Positions 9,564-19,310 of a stretch of 64,000 bases of DNA are shown here, piece after piece. This DNA is from Candidatus Hadarchaeota archaeon (lineage in GTDB: Archaea; Hadarchaeota; Hadarchaeia; Hadarchaeales; JAGGTB01). The stretch spans positions 448,001-512,000 of the forward strand of contig CAYLJV010000001.1 of NCBI GenBank assembly GCA_964384105.1, in the 5' to 3' direction. Positions within the stretch are counted from its first letter, which is position 1. Each line of letters opens with the position of its first letter. Below the pieces are notes generated by a model, which saw only the letters and a program-made list of their open reading frames with translations, was not told the origin of the DNA and ran no database searches. Made by a program: the position numbers and the translations under genes.

Positions 9564-10271
9564 GTGTGGGTATTGAAAGTAGAGAGTTTAAAGCGAACGC
9601 TTAAAGGGCTTCATAGTGGTGAGGTTTCGGAAGAAGAGGCTTTGAGGGTTATTAAAGATGCTACACCTCTCGAGATTTCTAAGGCTGAACAGAGCCTTTT
9701 GGATGAGGGAATAAGTGAGTCAGAGTTAAAGGATTTCTGTAAAGTGCATTTACAAGCTGTTCAGGATCGAATAGATAAAATAAAGTCTCGATTGGGAGAT
9801 AGTCATCCAATAAAAATTCTAATTTCTGAACACGATGATATATTGGGTTTTCTTGATGTTCTGGAGGAGATTGGTGACAGAATTCCCTCTGGTCTTTCAG
9901 AAGAAGATAAAGGAAAATTAAAGAAAGTGGCCAAAAATCTCGTAGAATCAGAGAAACATCATGAACGGGAAGAGGAGGTAATTTTTCCTAGGTTGGAGGA
10001 GAGGGGGATTGACGGTCCTCCGAGGATAATGAAACAAGATCACAATGAGTTCAGACCTCGGAAAAAGAAACTTCTTGAACTTTCGAAAAATCCAGAGAAA
10101 AATAAAGAAGAGATTGTAGAGTTGATAGACTTTTTAACATACAATTTACGAGACCATATTTTCAAGGAAAACAACATTCTTTATCCGACGGCTTTGGACG
10201 AGTTAGAAGATTGGGATGTTATTGGAGAGGAGGGGGAGAGGATAGGGTTATGTTCTTTCTCCAATATTTGA
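9564..10271 (+). CDS. DUF438 + hemerythrin-like domain protein
   Basis: PLEISKAEQSLL...FCKVH, HPIKILISEH, HHEREEEVIFP, HIFKENNILYP. Confidence 0.85.
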   Translation: MWVLKVESLKRTLKGLHSGEVSEEEALRVIKDATPLEISKAEQSLLDEGISESELKDFCKVHLQAVQDRIDKIKSRLGDSHPIKILISEHDDILGFLDVLEEIGDRIPSGLSEEDKGKLKKVAKNLVESEKHHEREEEVIFPRLEERGIDGPPRIMKQDHNEFRPRKKKLLELSKNPEKNKEEIVELIDFLTYNLRDHIFKENNILYPTALDELEDWDVIGEEGERIGLCSFSNI

Positions 10272-10320
10272 AAGGAATCCCAAGCTTTGGATCTCTGATC
10301 CCTGATAAATTGGGGGTGAT

Positions 10321-10617
10321 TTGAGAGTGGTGAGTAAAGAAAAGGTTTGGAAAAAATTGGAAAAAGTTCAGGACCCGGAATTCGGAACTCCTGTAACTAA
10401 GATGGGTTTGATAGATGAAGCGGAAGTAGATGATGCTAAAGTATCCGTGAAATTCCATTTAGCAGCGCCAATGTGCCCTCCGCCTTTTGTTATGAATATG
10501 GGTAAGCAGATCAAAGAGTACATTTCAGAAATAGATGGTGTGGAGGAGGTTGAGGTTATAGTCCAGGAACATTTCCAAGCCGATGATTTGAATCGACGTC
10601 TCAAAGAGGTGGAATAA
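10321..10617 (+). CDS. DUF59/SufT-like metal-sulfur cluster assembly factor
   Basis: LEKVQDPE...MGLI...APMCP motif. Confidence 0.85.
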   Translation: MRVVSKEKVWKKLEKVQDPEFGTPVTKMGLIDEAEVDDAKVSVKFHLAAPMCPPPFVMNMGKQIKEYISEIDGVEEVEVIVQEHFQADDLNRRLKEVE

Positions 10618-10619
10618 CT

Positions 10620-11171
10620 ATGGAGTTCACTGAAGATCAGAAAAAGGAGCACAGAGTTATTGAAGAAGCTTTAGATATTCTGGAAGAGATTAACAAGAAA
10701 TTTGAAAATGATGAGGAAGTTAAGTCCGATATTTTGGGGGATCTGATCGATTTTTTCAGAATTTTCGCTGATAAATGCCATCATGGCAAAGAACAAGACT
10801 TGCTTTTTCCTGCATTAGAAATGACGGGGATGTCAAGGGTTAACAGCCCGATAGGTATTCTCCTTAGAGAACATGAAATTTCTAGGAGCTATATACAGAA
10901 CATTGATCGAGCTCTGCAGGATTACGAGATTGGTGACATTACTGCAAAGAAGGATATTCTCCAGAACTCTCGTGTATATATAGAACTCCTGAATCAGCAT
11001 ATAGAAAAAGAGGACAGTCTCCTTTACCCTATGGCGGAGGAAAAAATCTCAGATGATCGTAAAATTGACCTTTTGAATGCATACGAGAATTTTGAAAAAG
11101 AGGTTATCAGAGAGGGGGTTCACGAAAAATACCATGATATGATTGAACGACTGAAGAATGGAGGACTCTGA
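10620..11171 (+). CDS. Hemerythrin HHE cation-binding domain protein
   Basis: EH, FADKCHHGKE, GILLREHE, HIEKEDSLLYP. Confidence 0.88.
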   Translation: MEFTEDQKKEHRVIEEALDILEEINKKFENDEEVKSDILGDLIDFFRIFADKCHHGKEQDLLFPALEMTGMSRVNSPIGILLREHEISRSYIQNIDRALQDYEIGDITAKKDILQNSRVYIELLNQHIEKEDSLLYPMAEEKISDDRKIDLLNAYENFEKEVIREGVHEKYHDMIERLKNGGL

Positions 11172-11186
11172 TTTAGGGGGATTAAT

Positions 11187-12206
11187 TTGAGGGTTGGAAG
11201 GGACTTAAGGTTTCTGTTTAATGCTTTAAAGATGCGGTTCTTCACCAAGAGGCCGATATTTCTTAGTCATATGATTACCTCCCGGTGTGATTGTGAGTGT
11301 GAGACATGTCATTATTGGTCTCTTGGGAGTAGGGAGGAGATGTCCACGGAGGAGATTCAGCGGATGCTCAGCGATGCTTACTCGTATGGTATGACTGATT
11401 ATGTTGTGTGGGGAGGGGAACCTTTATTGCGAGAGGATTTACCAAGGATTCTTTCTTTTTCAGATTCAATTGGTCTGGATACTACAGTTATTACAAATGG
11501 GAGTAAGCTTACTGAAAAGATAGATAGTATCGGCGAATATCTCTACGGTTTGATTGTTTCTATTGATCATCCGGATCCTACTGTTCATGATAGTATTCGG
11601 AAGAAGAAGGGGATATACCATAAAGCTATCCAGGGGATAAAGGATGCGAAAAAATACTCCGATTTGGACATATTCATAAACTGTGTGATAAGCAGGAGGA
11701 ATTTTCACCAGCTAAGGGAGATTACTGAGCTAGCTAGTGAGCTTGATGTGAAAATTTCCTTTGAAATGATGGAGCTCATCGAAGGTTATAATGAAGGTCT
11801 ATCTTTGAGTCGAGAGGAGGTTTCAGAGGCTTGTAGAGAGCTAATTGATTTAAAACGAGAGGGTTATCCCATTGTTAATTCTGAAGCTTATTTTGAATCG
11901 GTGGCAGATGAGGAGGAATATTCTTGTCATGTTCCCAAAATCCTTGTTACTGTAGAATGGGATGGCGAGGTTAGACTTTGTTCCACAATTTCCGAAGATG
12001 TGAGGCCTGATTTAGAGGTAGGGAGTCTAGGGAATTTAAGAGAGGATAGTTTTAGGGAGATATTCGAGTCCGAAAACTATGAGAAATACGTTGATGCTGC
12101 GGAGAAATGTTGGAAGTGTGATCTTTCTTATCCCAGAGAATCCGCTCATTTGTATTCACTGGATAAGAAGGCTCTGAAAAATTTCTTTGGAAGAATAATG
12201 GGATAA
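11187..12206 (+). CDS. Radical SAM protein with C-terminal SPASM/twitch-like cysteines
   Basis: CDCECETC (CxxxCxxC), GGEPLLR, TNG, VSID; C-terminal C..DGEVRLC..CWKC. Confidence 0.9.
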   Translation: MRVGRDLRFLFNALKMRFFTKRPIFLSHMITSRCDCECETCHYWSLGSREEMSTEEIQRMLSDAYSYGMTDYVVWGGEPLLREDLPRILSFSDSIGLDTTVITNGSKLTEKIDSIGEYLYGLIVSIDHPDPTVHDSIRKKKGIYHKAIQGIKDAKKYSDLDIFINCVISRRNFHQLREITELASELDVKISFEMMELIEGYNEGLSLSREEVSEACRELIDLKREGYPIVNSEAYFESVADEEEYSCHVPKILVTVEWDGEVRLCSTISEDVRPDLEVGSLGNLREDSFREIFESENYEKYVDAAEKCWKCDLSYPRESAHLYSLDKKALKNFFGRIMG

Positions 12207-12250
12207 AAAAATAAATAAAAAAGAATTGGAAAATAACTTTCAAGAAAAAT

Positions 12251-14128
12251 TCACAAACCAAGTCTCTTTCTCTTGTCTTCTATGTGTGCCTCTATGTCAT
12301 CAACAGCTTCCACAGGATCATCCCCAACGGCTAGTTTTCCGCCTGTTATTCCCTCCAGGTCTTCTGTGAGGAGTTTTACGACGTTTTCACTCCCGGTTAC
12401 TGGCGGTGTTGGAGAGACGTGAGCATATAGTCCATAAGCTACTGCAGCGATTGCATCGATAGTAGCCTTTTGCTCCATGTATTCTGGGGCAGTTACTGCT
12501 ACGGGCAGATCAGTTGGATCAACTCCTAGCTCTTTAGCTACCGTACTCACTAAATTTATCAATCTGCCAGTGTCTGTGCAAGTTCCGAAGCCCAAAACGG
12601 GTGGTATGTCTAAAGCTTCACATACAGTCTCCAGACCTTCGCCTGCTTTTGCTTTTGCTTCTAGACTCGTGAGACCTCCGACTTGCAGGCCTGCGTTTCC
12701 ACATCCTGCGCTTAGGACAAGTATGTCCCTCTTTATCAGTTCCTCGGCAACGGCGATCGTTGTCTCGTCCTGTGGCCCATTTTTCAGAGTGGTGCAGCTT
12801 ACGAGCGCCACGATACCCCTTATATTTCCTTCTTTAATCTGATCTATGAGAGGATCTAAAGAGCCACCTAATGCTTCGAGGACTGATTCTGTTGAGAACC
12901 CAGTTGTTATTTCCTTCTTGTAGTCGGGAACGTTGGTTGGTTTTCCCTTTCTCCCTTTGAAGTTTTCTATTGCTTTATCGATTATTTTCAGTGCTTGTTC
13001 TTCTGCTTTTTCTGGCTTATAGTTGATCTCGTGTTCGACGTTAGGTATGTTTACTAGTTTCGTTACCGGAATTATGGTAGAATTGAATCTCTCTGCATAC
13101 TCACCGGCTGTGGGGACGGTACAGTTCATATCGGCAACGAAAGCATCTACGGCTCCGGTAGCCAGAACGTATTCCTCGTTTAACCAGTTTCCTGTAAGGC
13201 CCACAAAGGTGTCATCACATTCAAATCTTTGAAGCAGTTCTTGTCCTGTCTCTATTGATCCTACTATATGAACTCCTTTTGCTCCTGCCTTCTTTGCTTT
13301 TTCTTGTACCTCGTCTCTTCTGGCAACCTGAATAAGCGCGGCACCTATGAATGGCTCGTGTCCATTTGGTAATATATTCACGTATTCGGGATCAAGAACA
13401 CCCATGTCAACTTCTGCTTTGTGAGGCTTTGCTGTTCCAAAGAGAATATCCTGTACTTCTTCAAGTAAAGTTAAAGAACCATAAGCGGTGGCTAGTCCCA
13501 TTCGAAGAGTTTTTAGTCCCATGCTTTCGTAATCGCTGTCCACGTTTGTCATAACACTGGTTTTTACGTCCATCATTTCATGTAGTGGTCCACCTGGGAG
13601 AATACCCAGTTCCCTCCAGACCTTTTTTCTAGACTCAGGTGCTAGGGCTTGCAACACTTCAGATGGTTCTTCGCTGTCTCTATTGATCTCTTCCATCATG
13701 AAATCTGCTAGGTCTATGGCTAATTCGGCGGTTTCTTTTTCTGTATCTAGGTCCAGCTTTTCTCCGATAGTTCTAAGTTTTTCTTCGTCTTTAATCTCAA
13801 ATATTGTGTCGCCTTTAGCGGTGGCTTTCAAAGTTTTTGCAGCTGTTTTGGCGTGGTAAGTGTATGCAGCGGTTCCCAAACTATTTACTCGCAGTAGATT
13901 TCTCATTACTAATCCATCTATGTTTATGCCACAGACTCCTCTGTCTGTTATACCCGGAACTATTTTACAGGGTCCTTGGCTACAGATCGTGCATTTCACC
14001 CCTTTTTCACAGTAGGGACACCTTACTTTTTCCATCTCTTTGAACCTTTTGTGAACATTTGAGAGACCTTCCTCCGAGACCTTTTCGAACATTTCTGAAA
14101 CGGATTTGTGTGCACTAACTTCGTCCAT
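12251..14128 (-). CDS. cooS: Ni-CODH (CooS)-family protein with atypical active-site residues
   Basis: CPYC...CTICSQGPC...VCG (D/B clusters), NGHEP, DMNC, VSC, AGCG, GTCTD, EQKA. GSIETGQE replaces the usual GxCCTGNE. Confidence 0.92.
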   Translation of the reverse strand: MDEVSAHKSVSEMFEKVSEEGLSNVHKRFKEMEKVRCPYCEKGVKCTICSQGPCKIVPGITDRGVCGINIDGLVMRNLLRVNSLGTAAYTYHAKTAAKTLKATAKGDTIFEIKDEEKLRTIGEKLDLDTEKETAELAIDLADFMMEEINRDSEEPSEVLQALAPESRKKVWRELGILPGGPLHEMMDVKTSVMTNVDSDYESMGLKTLRMGLATAYGSLTLLEEVQDILFGTAKPHKAEVDMGVLDPEYVNILPNGHEPFIGAALIQVARRDEVQEKAKKAGAKGVHIVGSIETGQELLQRFECDDTFVGLTGNWLNEEYVLATGAVDAFVADMNCTVPTAGEYAERFNSTIIPVTKLVNIPNVEHEINYKPEKAEEQALKIIDKAIENFKGRKGKPTNVPDYKKEITTGFSTESVLEALGGSLDPLIDQIKEGNIRGIVALVSCTTLKNGPQDETTIAVAEELIKRDILVLSAGCGNAGLQVGGLTSLEAKAKAGEGLETVCEALDIPPVLGFGTCTDTGRLINLVSTVAKELGVDPTDLPVAVTAPEYMEQKATIDAIAAVAYGLYAHVSPTPPVTGSENVVKLLTEDLEGITGGKLAVGDDPVEAVDDIEAHIEDKRKRLGL

Positions 14129-14160
14129 TTTTTCACCTCCTATTCGTACCTTTTACTCTT

Positions 14161-14177
14161 TATAATCACCATATAGT
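14161..14177 (-). promoter_or_regulatory. Candidate operator ACTATATGGTGATTATA downstream of the cooS TATA box
   Basis: Matches 9546-9562 at 15/17 positions and lies between cooS and a divergent regulator. Confidence 0.5.
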
Positions 14178-14201
14178 TTTTTATATCCTTTTGAATAATC
14201 C

Positions 14202-14864
14202 TTGAATAAGGGTAATATGATGAAAAGGCAAGAAGGGATACCACTTAGCGAGACTAGGTCCTCAATATTGAGGCATTTGTTAGGCGAAGACTTGAGTGCG
14301 ATAAACTTAGAGGAAAAAATTGGGATTAATGAAAGTGCTATAAGAAGACATTTAGACGTACTTGAGCAAAAAGGATATGTAACCCACTATTTTGAAAAAG
14401 CCGAGCGTGGACGTCCAAAAAAGATGTATGAGATAACACTTACTGGAAGGCGGGTTTTTCCACAAAAAACTCATATTTTATTTGCATTCCTTGCTAAGGA
14501 AGTCAAAGAAAAATATGGAGAGACTGGGCTCGAAGACTTATTGTCGGAAGTTGCATCTGATTTTTCAGATCTTCTTGTTTCGGAAAAAGATGAAATTTCC
14601 ACAGATGAGCGATTAGAAAGACTAGTTGAATCCTTAGATGAATTCGGTTTTTATCCGTCGTTGAAGCGGAAGAATGGTGAGTATTACATAGAGTACCGTA
14701 ATTGTGTTTTTGGGAGCGTTGTTAACGAATTTGATGTACCCCTTTGCAAAATGCATAGAAAGATAATTAAGAATGCTCTGTCGGATTCACGGGTGAATCA
14801 GCAAAAGAGCATTTTGAAAGGAGACAACTTTTGCACTCATAGAGTCAGTTTTGAAAATGGTTGA
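14202..14864 (+). CDS. wHTH transcriptional regulator, SufR-like, with C-terminal Cys triad (likely start ATG 14217)
   Basis: AIRRHLDVLEQKG...RGRPKKMY HTH; NCVF...LCKMH...NFC possible Fe-S ligands; divergent from cooS. Confidence 0.82.
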   Translation: MNKGNMMKRQEGIPLSETRSSILRHLLGEDLSAINLEEKIGINESAIRRHLDVLEQKGYVTHYFEKAERGRPKKMYEITLTGRRVFPQKTHILFAFLAKEVKEKYGETGLEDLLSEVASDFSDLLVSEKDEISTDERLERLVESLDEFGFYPSLKRKNGEYYIEYRNCVFGSVVNEFDVPLCKMHRKIIKNALSDSRVNQQKSILKGDNFCTHRVSFENG

Positions 14865-14927
14865 AGACGCAATTGTTTGACTGTATCCGATAATAGTGTC
14901 TGCTTTTACGTTTTACATCCTTGGAAT

Positions 14928-16124
14928 TTATCCGAACATCACTTCGGTTTTAGTACATTCTTCTGTTGAAAGGACTTTCGAGATGGCTTTTTCGAAGTCT
15001 GCGTTAGTTACTTTATCTCTGTCATTTCTGATGGCTTCCATACCTGCCTCGGTACAGATCGCTTTTATTTCGGCCCCTGTGGCATCCTTAGTTCTTGCTG
15101 CAAGAAAGTCTATGTTTATTTCCTCTCCTAAGGCCATGTTTCTGGTGTGTATCTTAAGTATCGATTTTCGTGCTCCTTCGCCGGGGATCGGGAATTCAAT
15201 CAGTCTATCAAATCGGCCGGGTCTTAATAGTGCTCGGTCCAGCATATCTGGTCTGTTTGTGGCGGCTAGTATTTTCACGTCTCCTCTAGGATCAAAGCCG
15301 TCTAGTTCGCCAAGGAACTGCATCATTGTTCTTTGAACTTCTCGGTCACCACTTGTCGAGTTACTTTCTCTTTTTGATGCTATCGCGTCTATTTCATCTA
15401 TAAATACTATGCTTGGAGCCTTTTCGCGAGCGAGATCGAACAACTCTCGTACCATCCGGCTTCCTTCACCTATATATTTCTGAACGAGTTCAGACCCTAT
15501 CAGTTTGATAAATGTTGAATTTGTTTCGTGAGCTACGGCTCTTGCCAATAATGTTTTCCCTGTTCCGGGTGGTCCGTGTAGGAGGACGCCTGAAGGTGGA
15601 TCTACTCCTATTTCCTTGAATTTTTCTTTTTTTGTCAAAGGAAGTTCTACAGTTTCTCTTATTTCCATGATTTGCTCTTCGAGTCCACCAACGTCATTGT
15701 AAGTTACGTTTGGAGATTCTTCTATTTCCATTCCTTTTACTAATGGGTCCTTTTCGGATGGTAGTACCTCCATCACGTTTAGGGTTCTTTGATTAAGCCC
15801 TACACGAGTTCCTGTTTTGATTTCATTATTGTCTATAAATTTCGAAACTTCGACTAGAAATTTCGGTCCGGAACTACTTTGAACAACAGCTTTCTTTTCT
15901 GGGAATACATCTAGAATCGTAGCGGTTATTAGAGGGGGTGATTTCAACTTGTCGAATTCTGCCCTCAAATCTTTTAATTCCCTTTCTAATCTACTCTTTT
16001 CTGATTCTATTGCTCCTCTTTCATTCTCTAATCCGCGTATTCTCTCTTCAAGTTGCTTTACGTAGTTTGCGAGATAAGAATCCTCGTGTTCCTTGATTTT
16101 GTCTGAGTCATAATATTCGCTCAA
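14928..16124 (-). CDS. pan: Proteasome-activating nucleotidase
   Basis: N-terminal coiled coil and OB domain, GPPGTGKT, KYIGEG, IDEID, RPGRFDR, C-terminal MFG. Confidence 0.96.
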   Translation of the reverse strand: MSEYYDSDKIKEHEDSYLANYVKQLEERIRGLENERGAIESEKSRLERELKDLRAEFDKLKSPPLITATILDVFPEKKAVVQSSSGPKFLVEVSKFIDNNEIKTGTRVGLNQRTLNVMEVLPSEKDPLVKGMEIEESPNVTYNDVGGLEEQIMEIRETVELPLTKKEKFKEIGVDPPSGVLLHGPPGTGKTLLARAVAHETNSTFIKLIGSELVQKYIGEGSRMVRELFDLAREKAPSIVFIDEIDAIASKRESNSTSGDREVQRTMMQFLGELDGFDPRGDVKILAATNRPDMLDRALLRPGRFDRLIEFPIPGEGARKSILKIHTRNMALGEEINIDFLAARTKDATGAEIKAICTEAGMEAIRNDRDKVTNADFEKAISKVLSTEECTKTEVMFG

Positions 16125-16291
16125 TTAATTCCCCAAGTCTAGGATTACTTTTCTACTCTATAAAAATTTTCAATCGTAATCTCAAATTCGATAAATATTC
16201 CAAAATCGAGTGGATAAACGAACGGAGAACTTTTACTACTATTAGAAATTATGGGTCTAACAAGGATCTGTCAAATGTTTTTTTAGCCTAA

Positions 16292-17602
16292 ATGGAACAC
16301 AGTAGATTTGTAAGTAAAATTGTAGTTTTCATTGAAAGGGTTATCATGAGAGTAATTTTAGTAGAAAGGCGTGAACCTCGGGAATCCTCTCGTCTTGATG
16401 AGCTGGCTGCGCTGGCTGAAACTCTTGATTACGAAGTGGTGGGGAGAATGGATCAGACCCGTAAGCCTGATCCGGCCTACTATATAGGGAGGGGTAAAGT
16501 AGAGGAACTTGCGAATGAGATTGAGTCTAAAGATGTTGAGAAGGTAATATTTGCTAATGAGCTTAAACCTTCTCAGGTTTTTAAACTCGAGGAGAAGGTC
16601 GGAGTCGAGGTTATTGACCGATTTCAGTTGATTTTGGAGATTTTTGCGATGAGGGCTGGGTCACCTGAAGCAAAACTTCAAGTGGAATATGCTAAGCTGA
16701 AATATGAGCTTCCTAGAGTGAAAGAAAGGGTTAAAAGAGCTAAACTTGGTGAATTTCCTGGATTGAGAGGTGGTGGAGAGTATGGTGAGCGAGCCAGAGT
16801 AGAAGCTGTCAAGAACCGAATGAAATCTCTAGAGGAAAAACTCGAGTCGTTTGAGAAAGCTAGAGAACAGAGACAGAAGAGAAGAAGGGAGAGAGGATTT
16901 AACCTTGTGGCACTAGCTGGTTACACTAATGCAGGAAAAAGCACTCTTTTAAATAGCCTTTCTTCTGCTGATGTTGAAGTGGACGATAGACTTTTTACAA
17001 CTCTTTCTCCCCGGACTCGGGAACTCGAGGGAAGCTCTCGTAAAATTCTGATTACGGATACAGTAGGTTTCATAGATGATTTGCCCCCTTGGTTGATAGA
17101 AGCGTTCAAGGCCGCGTTAGAAGAGGTTTATCTTGCCGATCTGGTCCTATTGGTTGTGGATGTTTCAGAATCTTTTACGAATATTCTACGCAAAATAAAG
17201 ACTTCGAGGGATATCCTTTCAGAGTCTTCTGCTCAGATGATAACAGTTCTGAATAAGATCGATAAGGTCTCAAAGGATTCTTTTCAAAGAAAGCTAAATG
17301 CTTTGAAGGAAATCTGTTCTGATATTGTTCCGGTCTCGGCGAAAGAGGAAATAAATCTTGATCAACTCAAGGAACGCATTCGTTCGATTTTACTAAAACA
17401 AATCCAAGCTCGCTTGACGACTCATCGTAGTGAGGGAGTTGAAAAGTTATTACATAAATTGTATGAAGAGACAGAAGTAATGGATGTAAAATACGAAAAT
17501 CCAACTCAGGTGACATTTTGGACCGATAAAGAATCAATTGGTAGGCTTAGTAAGTTCTTAGATAGTGAAGCTGAGATAGAGATTATAGGTGAAGCAGCAT
17601 GA
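16292..17602 (+). CDS. hflX: GTPase HflX (likely start ATG 16346)
   Basis: IDRFQLILEIF, GYTNAGKST, LFTTL, DTVGF, NKID. Confidence 0.96.
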   Translation: MEHSRFVSKIVVFIERVIMRVILVERREPRESSRLDELAALAETLDYEVVGRMDQTRKPDPAYYIGRGKVEELANEIESKDVEKVIFANELKPSQVFKLEEKVGVEVIDRFQLILEIFAMRAGSPEAKLQVEYAKLKYELPRVKERVKRAKLGEFPGLRGGGEYGERARVEAVKNRMKSLEEKLESFEKAREQRQKRRRERGFNLVALAGYTNAGKSTLLNSLSSADVEVDDRLFTTLSPRTRELEGSSRKILITDTVGFIDDLPPWLIEAFKAALEEVYLADLVLLVVDVSESFTNILRKIKTSRDILSESSAQMITVLNKIDKVSKDSFQRKLNALKEICSDIVPVSAKEEINLDQLKERIRSILLKQIQARLTTHRSEGVEKLLHKLYEETEVMDVKYENPTQVTFWTDKESIGRLSKFLDSEAEIEIIGEAA

Positions 17603-18129
17603 GCGAAGTGGTTGTTCTTAGGATCGGACATAGGCCCGGAAGAGATTTAAGAATTAGTACTCACGCGGCATTAGTGGCTCGTGCTTTTGGTGCCAAGGGA
17701 ATTATTTTTTCAAATTATGAGGCTAAAAAGACTCGGGAAAGTTTGGAGAGGGTTAATGAGAACTGGGGTGGTTCATTTTTTGTAGAAGGTGGGAAGTCGT
17801 GGCGAAAAGTAATCGACGATTGGCAATCCTCCGGAGGGGTAGTGGCTCATTTGACTATGTATGGTTTGCCTGTTCGTGAGGTAATACCTAAAATTAGAGA
17901 TGAGGATGTGCTTGTTGTTATCGGAGCCGAAAAGGTACCGGGGGAGATTTACAATCTCGTAGACTTTAATGTTGCAGTAGGTAATCAACCACATTCAGAA
18001 ATTTCGGCTTTGGCAGTTTTTTTGGATAGACTCTTTGAGGGGGAAGAACTAGAAGAGGAGTTTCAAGGAGCTAGAAGAAAGATAATACCCTCTGAGTCAG
18101 GAAAAAAGGTTCTAGAAATAGATAAATAG
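17599..18129 (+). CDS. trm56: tRNA (cytidine(56)-2'-O)-methyltransferase aTrm56
   Basis: LRIGHRPGRDLRISTH, HLTMYG, GAEKVP, NQPHSE. Confidence 0.95.
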   Translation: MSEVVVLRIGHRPGRDLRISTHAALVARAFGAKGIIFSNYEAKKTRESLERVNENWGGSFFVEGGKSWRKVIDDWQSSGGVVAHLTMYGLPVREVIPKIRDEDVLVVIGAEKVPGEIYNLVDFNVAVGNQPHSEISALAVFLDRLFEGEELEEEFQGARRKIIPSESGKKVLEIDK

Positions 18130-18227
18130 GCCCTTCTCTTTTCTATATCTTACGGGATAGTTTTATTACTTAATCTCAATAGAGAGTCTTGTTAAGTGAA
18201 GAACTTTAAAAAGTAGGTCAGTTATCT

Positions 18228-18749
18228 ATGGCAACTATTGACGAATTAACGAAAACCCCCGAATTTGAAAAGATTTTAAACAGGGTAGCGGGTGACCATG
18301 GCAGCGAAGTGATAGAGGTACTCTTGGATAAAGAGGAGACAACAGATGAGGAAATCGCCAATGAAACAGGAATAAGACTGAATTTGGTACGAAAAATTCT
18401 CTATGACCTGTACGATAATCGAGTTGTTGATTATAGAAGGACGAGAGATGATAGCACGGGTTGGTACTCTTATTATTGGCACGTAGAACCTGAGCGTGCT
18501 TTGGAACTAATTAGCGAAAACAAACGAGCACTTTTGGATAAGTTAAAGGAAAGGTTAGAGCATGAAAGAAATACCTTATTTTTCACTTGCGGTGACGATT
18601 GCCCCAGAGTAGAGTTTGGCGAAGCATTAGAAATGAATTTCGAATGTCCTCGCTGTGGAGGGAAAATGAGTGAGTTTGACAATAGCGGTATAGTAAAATC
18701 TCTGGAAAACCAGATAGAAATGCTTGAACAAGAAACTTCGGGGAATTAG
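18228..18749 (+). CDS. tfe: Transcription factor E (TFE alpha)
   Basis: TDEEIA...VRKILYDL...GWYSYYW wHTH plus Zn ribbon ending FECPRCG. Confidence 0.95.
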   Translation: MATIDELTKTPEFEKILNRVAGDHGSEVIEVLLDKEETTDEEIANETGIRLNLVRKILYDLYDNRVVDYRRTRDDSTGWYSYYWHVEPERALELISENKRALLDKLKERLEHERNTLFFTCGDDCPRVEFGEALEMNFECPRCGGKMSEFDNSGIVKSLENQIEMLEQETSGN

Positions 18750-19268
18750 TTGATTTCATCTGAACATGCTCTTAGAGTTTTAGAGGATGAAGGTTGCTCT
18801 TCTGAAGTTATTGAGCATGTTAAGACTGTTACTGATAAGTCAGTTGAGATTGCGAAGAAGATAGCCGAAGATGGACATCAAGTTGATATTGAACTAGTTA
18901 GAATTGGGGCTCTCTTGCATGATATTGGAAGATCTAAATCTCATGACATCTCTCATGGGGTGGAAGGGGGAAGGATACTCAGAGAGAGGGGGCTTGAGAG
19001 ATTATCGGCTTTTGCAGAAAATCATGTAGGGGCAGGCATAACTTTCACTGAGGCAAAAGAACTTGGTATACCGCCAAAGGATTATCTTCCAGTTACCATA
19101 GAGGAGAAGATTGTAACTTATAGTGATAATCTTGTTAGAGGGAGTCAAGTGATTTCTTTCACGGAAGCTCTGGAAGAATTTGAGGAAGAATTGGGATCGG
19201 AACATCCTTCTATAGAGAGATTTAAGAAATTACATGAGGAGCTCCGGGAGCTGGGTGGAGCCGATTAG
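18750..19268 (+). CDS. HD(IG)-domain metal-dependent phosphohydrolase
   Basis: LLHDIGR, HGVEG, HVGAG, EEKIVTYSD; adjacent to tfe. Confidence 0.9.
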   Translation: MISSEHALRVLEDEGCSSEVIEHVKTVTDKSVEIAKKIAEDGHQVDIELVRIGALLHDIGRSKSHDISHGVEGGRILRERGLERLSAFAENHVGAGITFTEAKELGIPPKDYLPVTIEEKIVTYSDNLVRGSQVISFTEALEEFEEELGSEHPSIERFKKLHEELRELGGAD

Positions 19269-19310
19269 TTTAATCTTATTAAAAAAATATTTGAACTCCT
19301 TTCAAGAACT

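Noticed and set aside
12251-14128. Reading cooS plus the hydrogenase as hydrogenogenic CO oxidation
   Set aside because: The CooS active-site residues are non-canonical, no cooF or group 4 hydrogenase is present, and the loci are about 38 kb apart.
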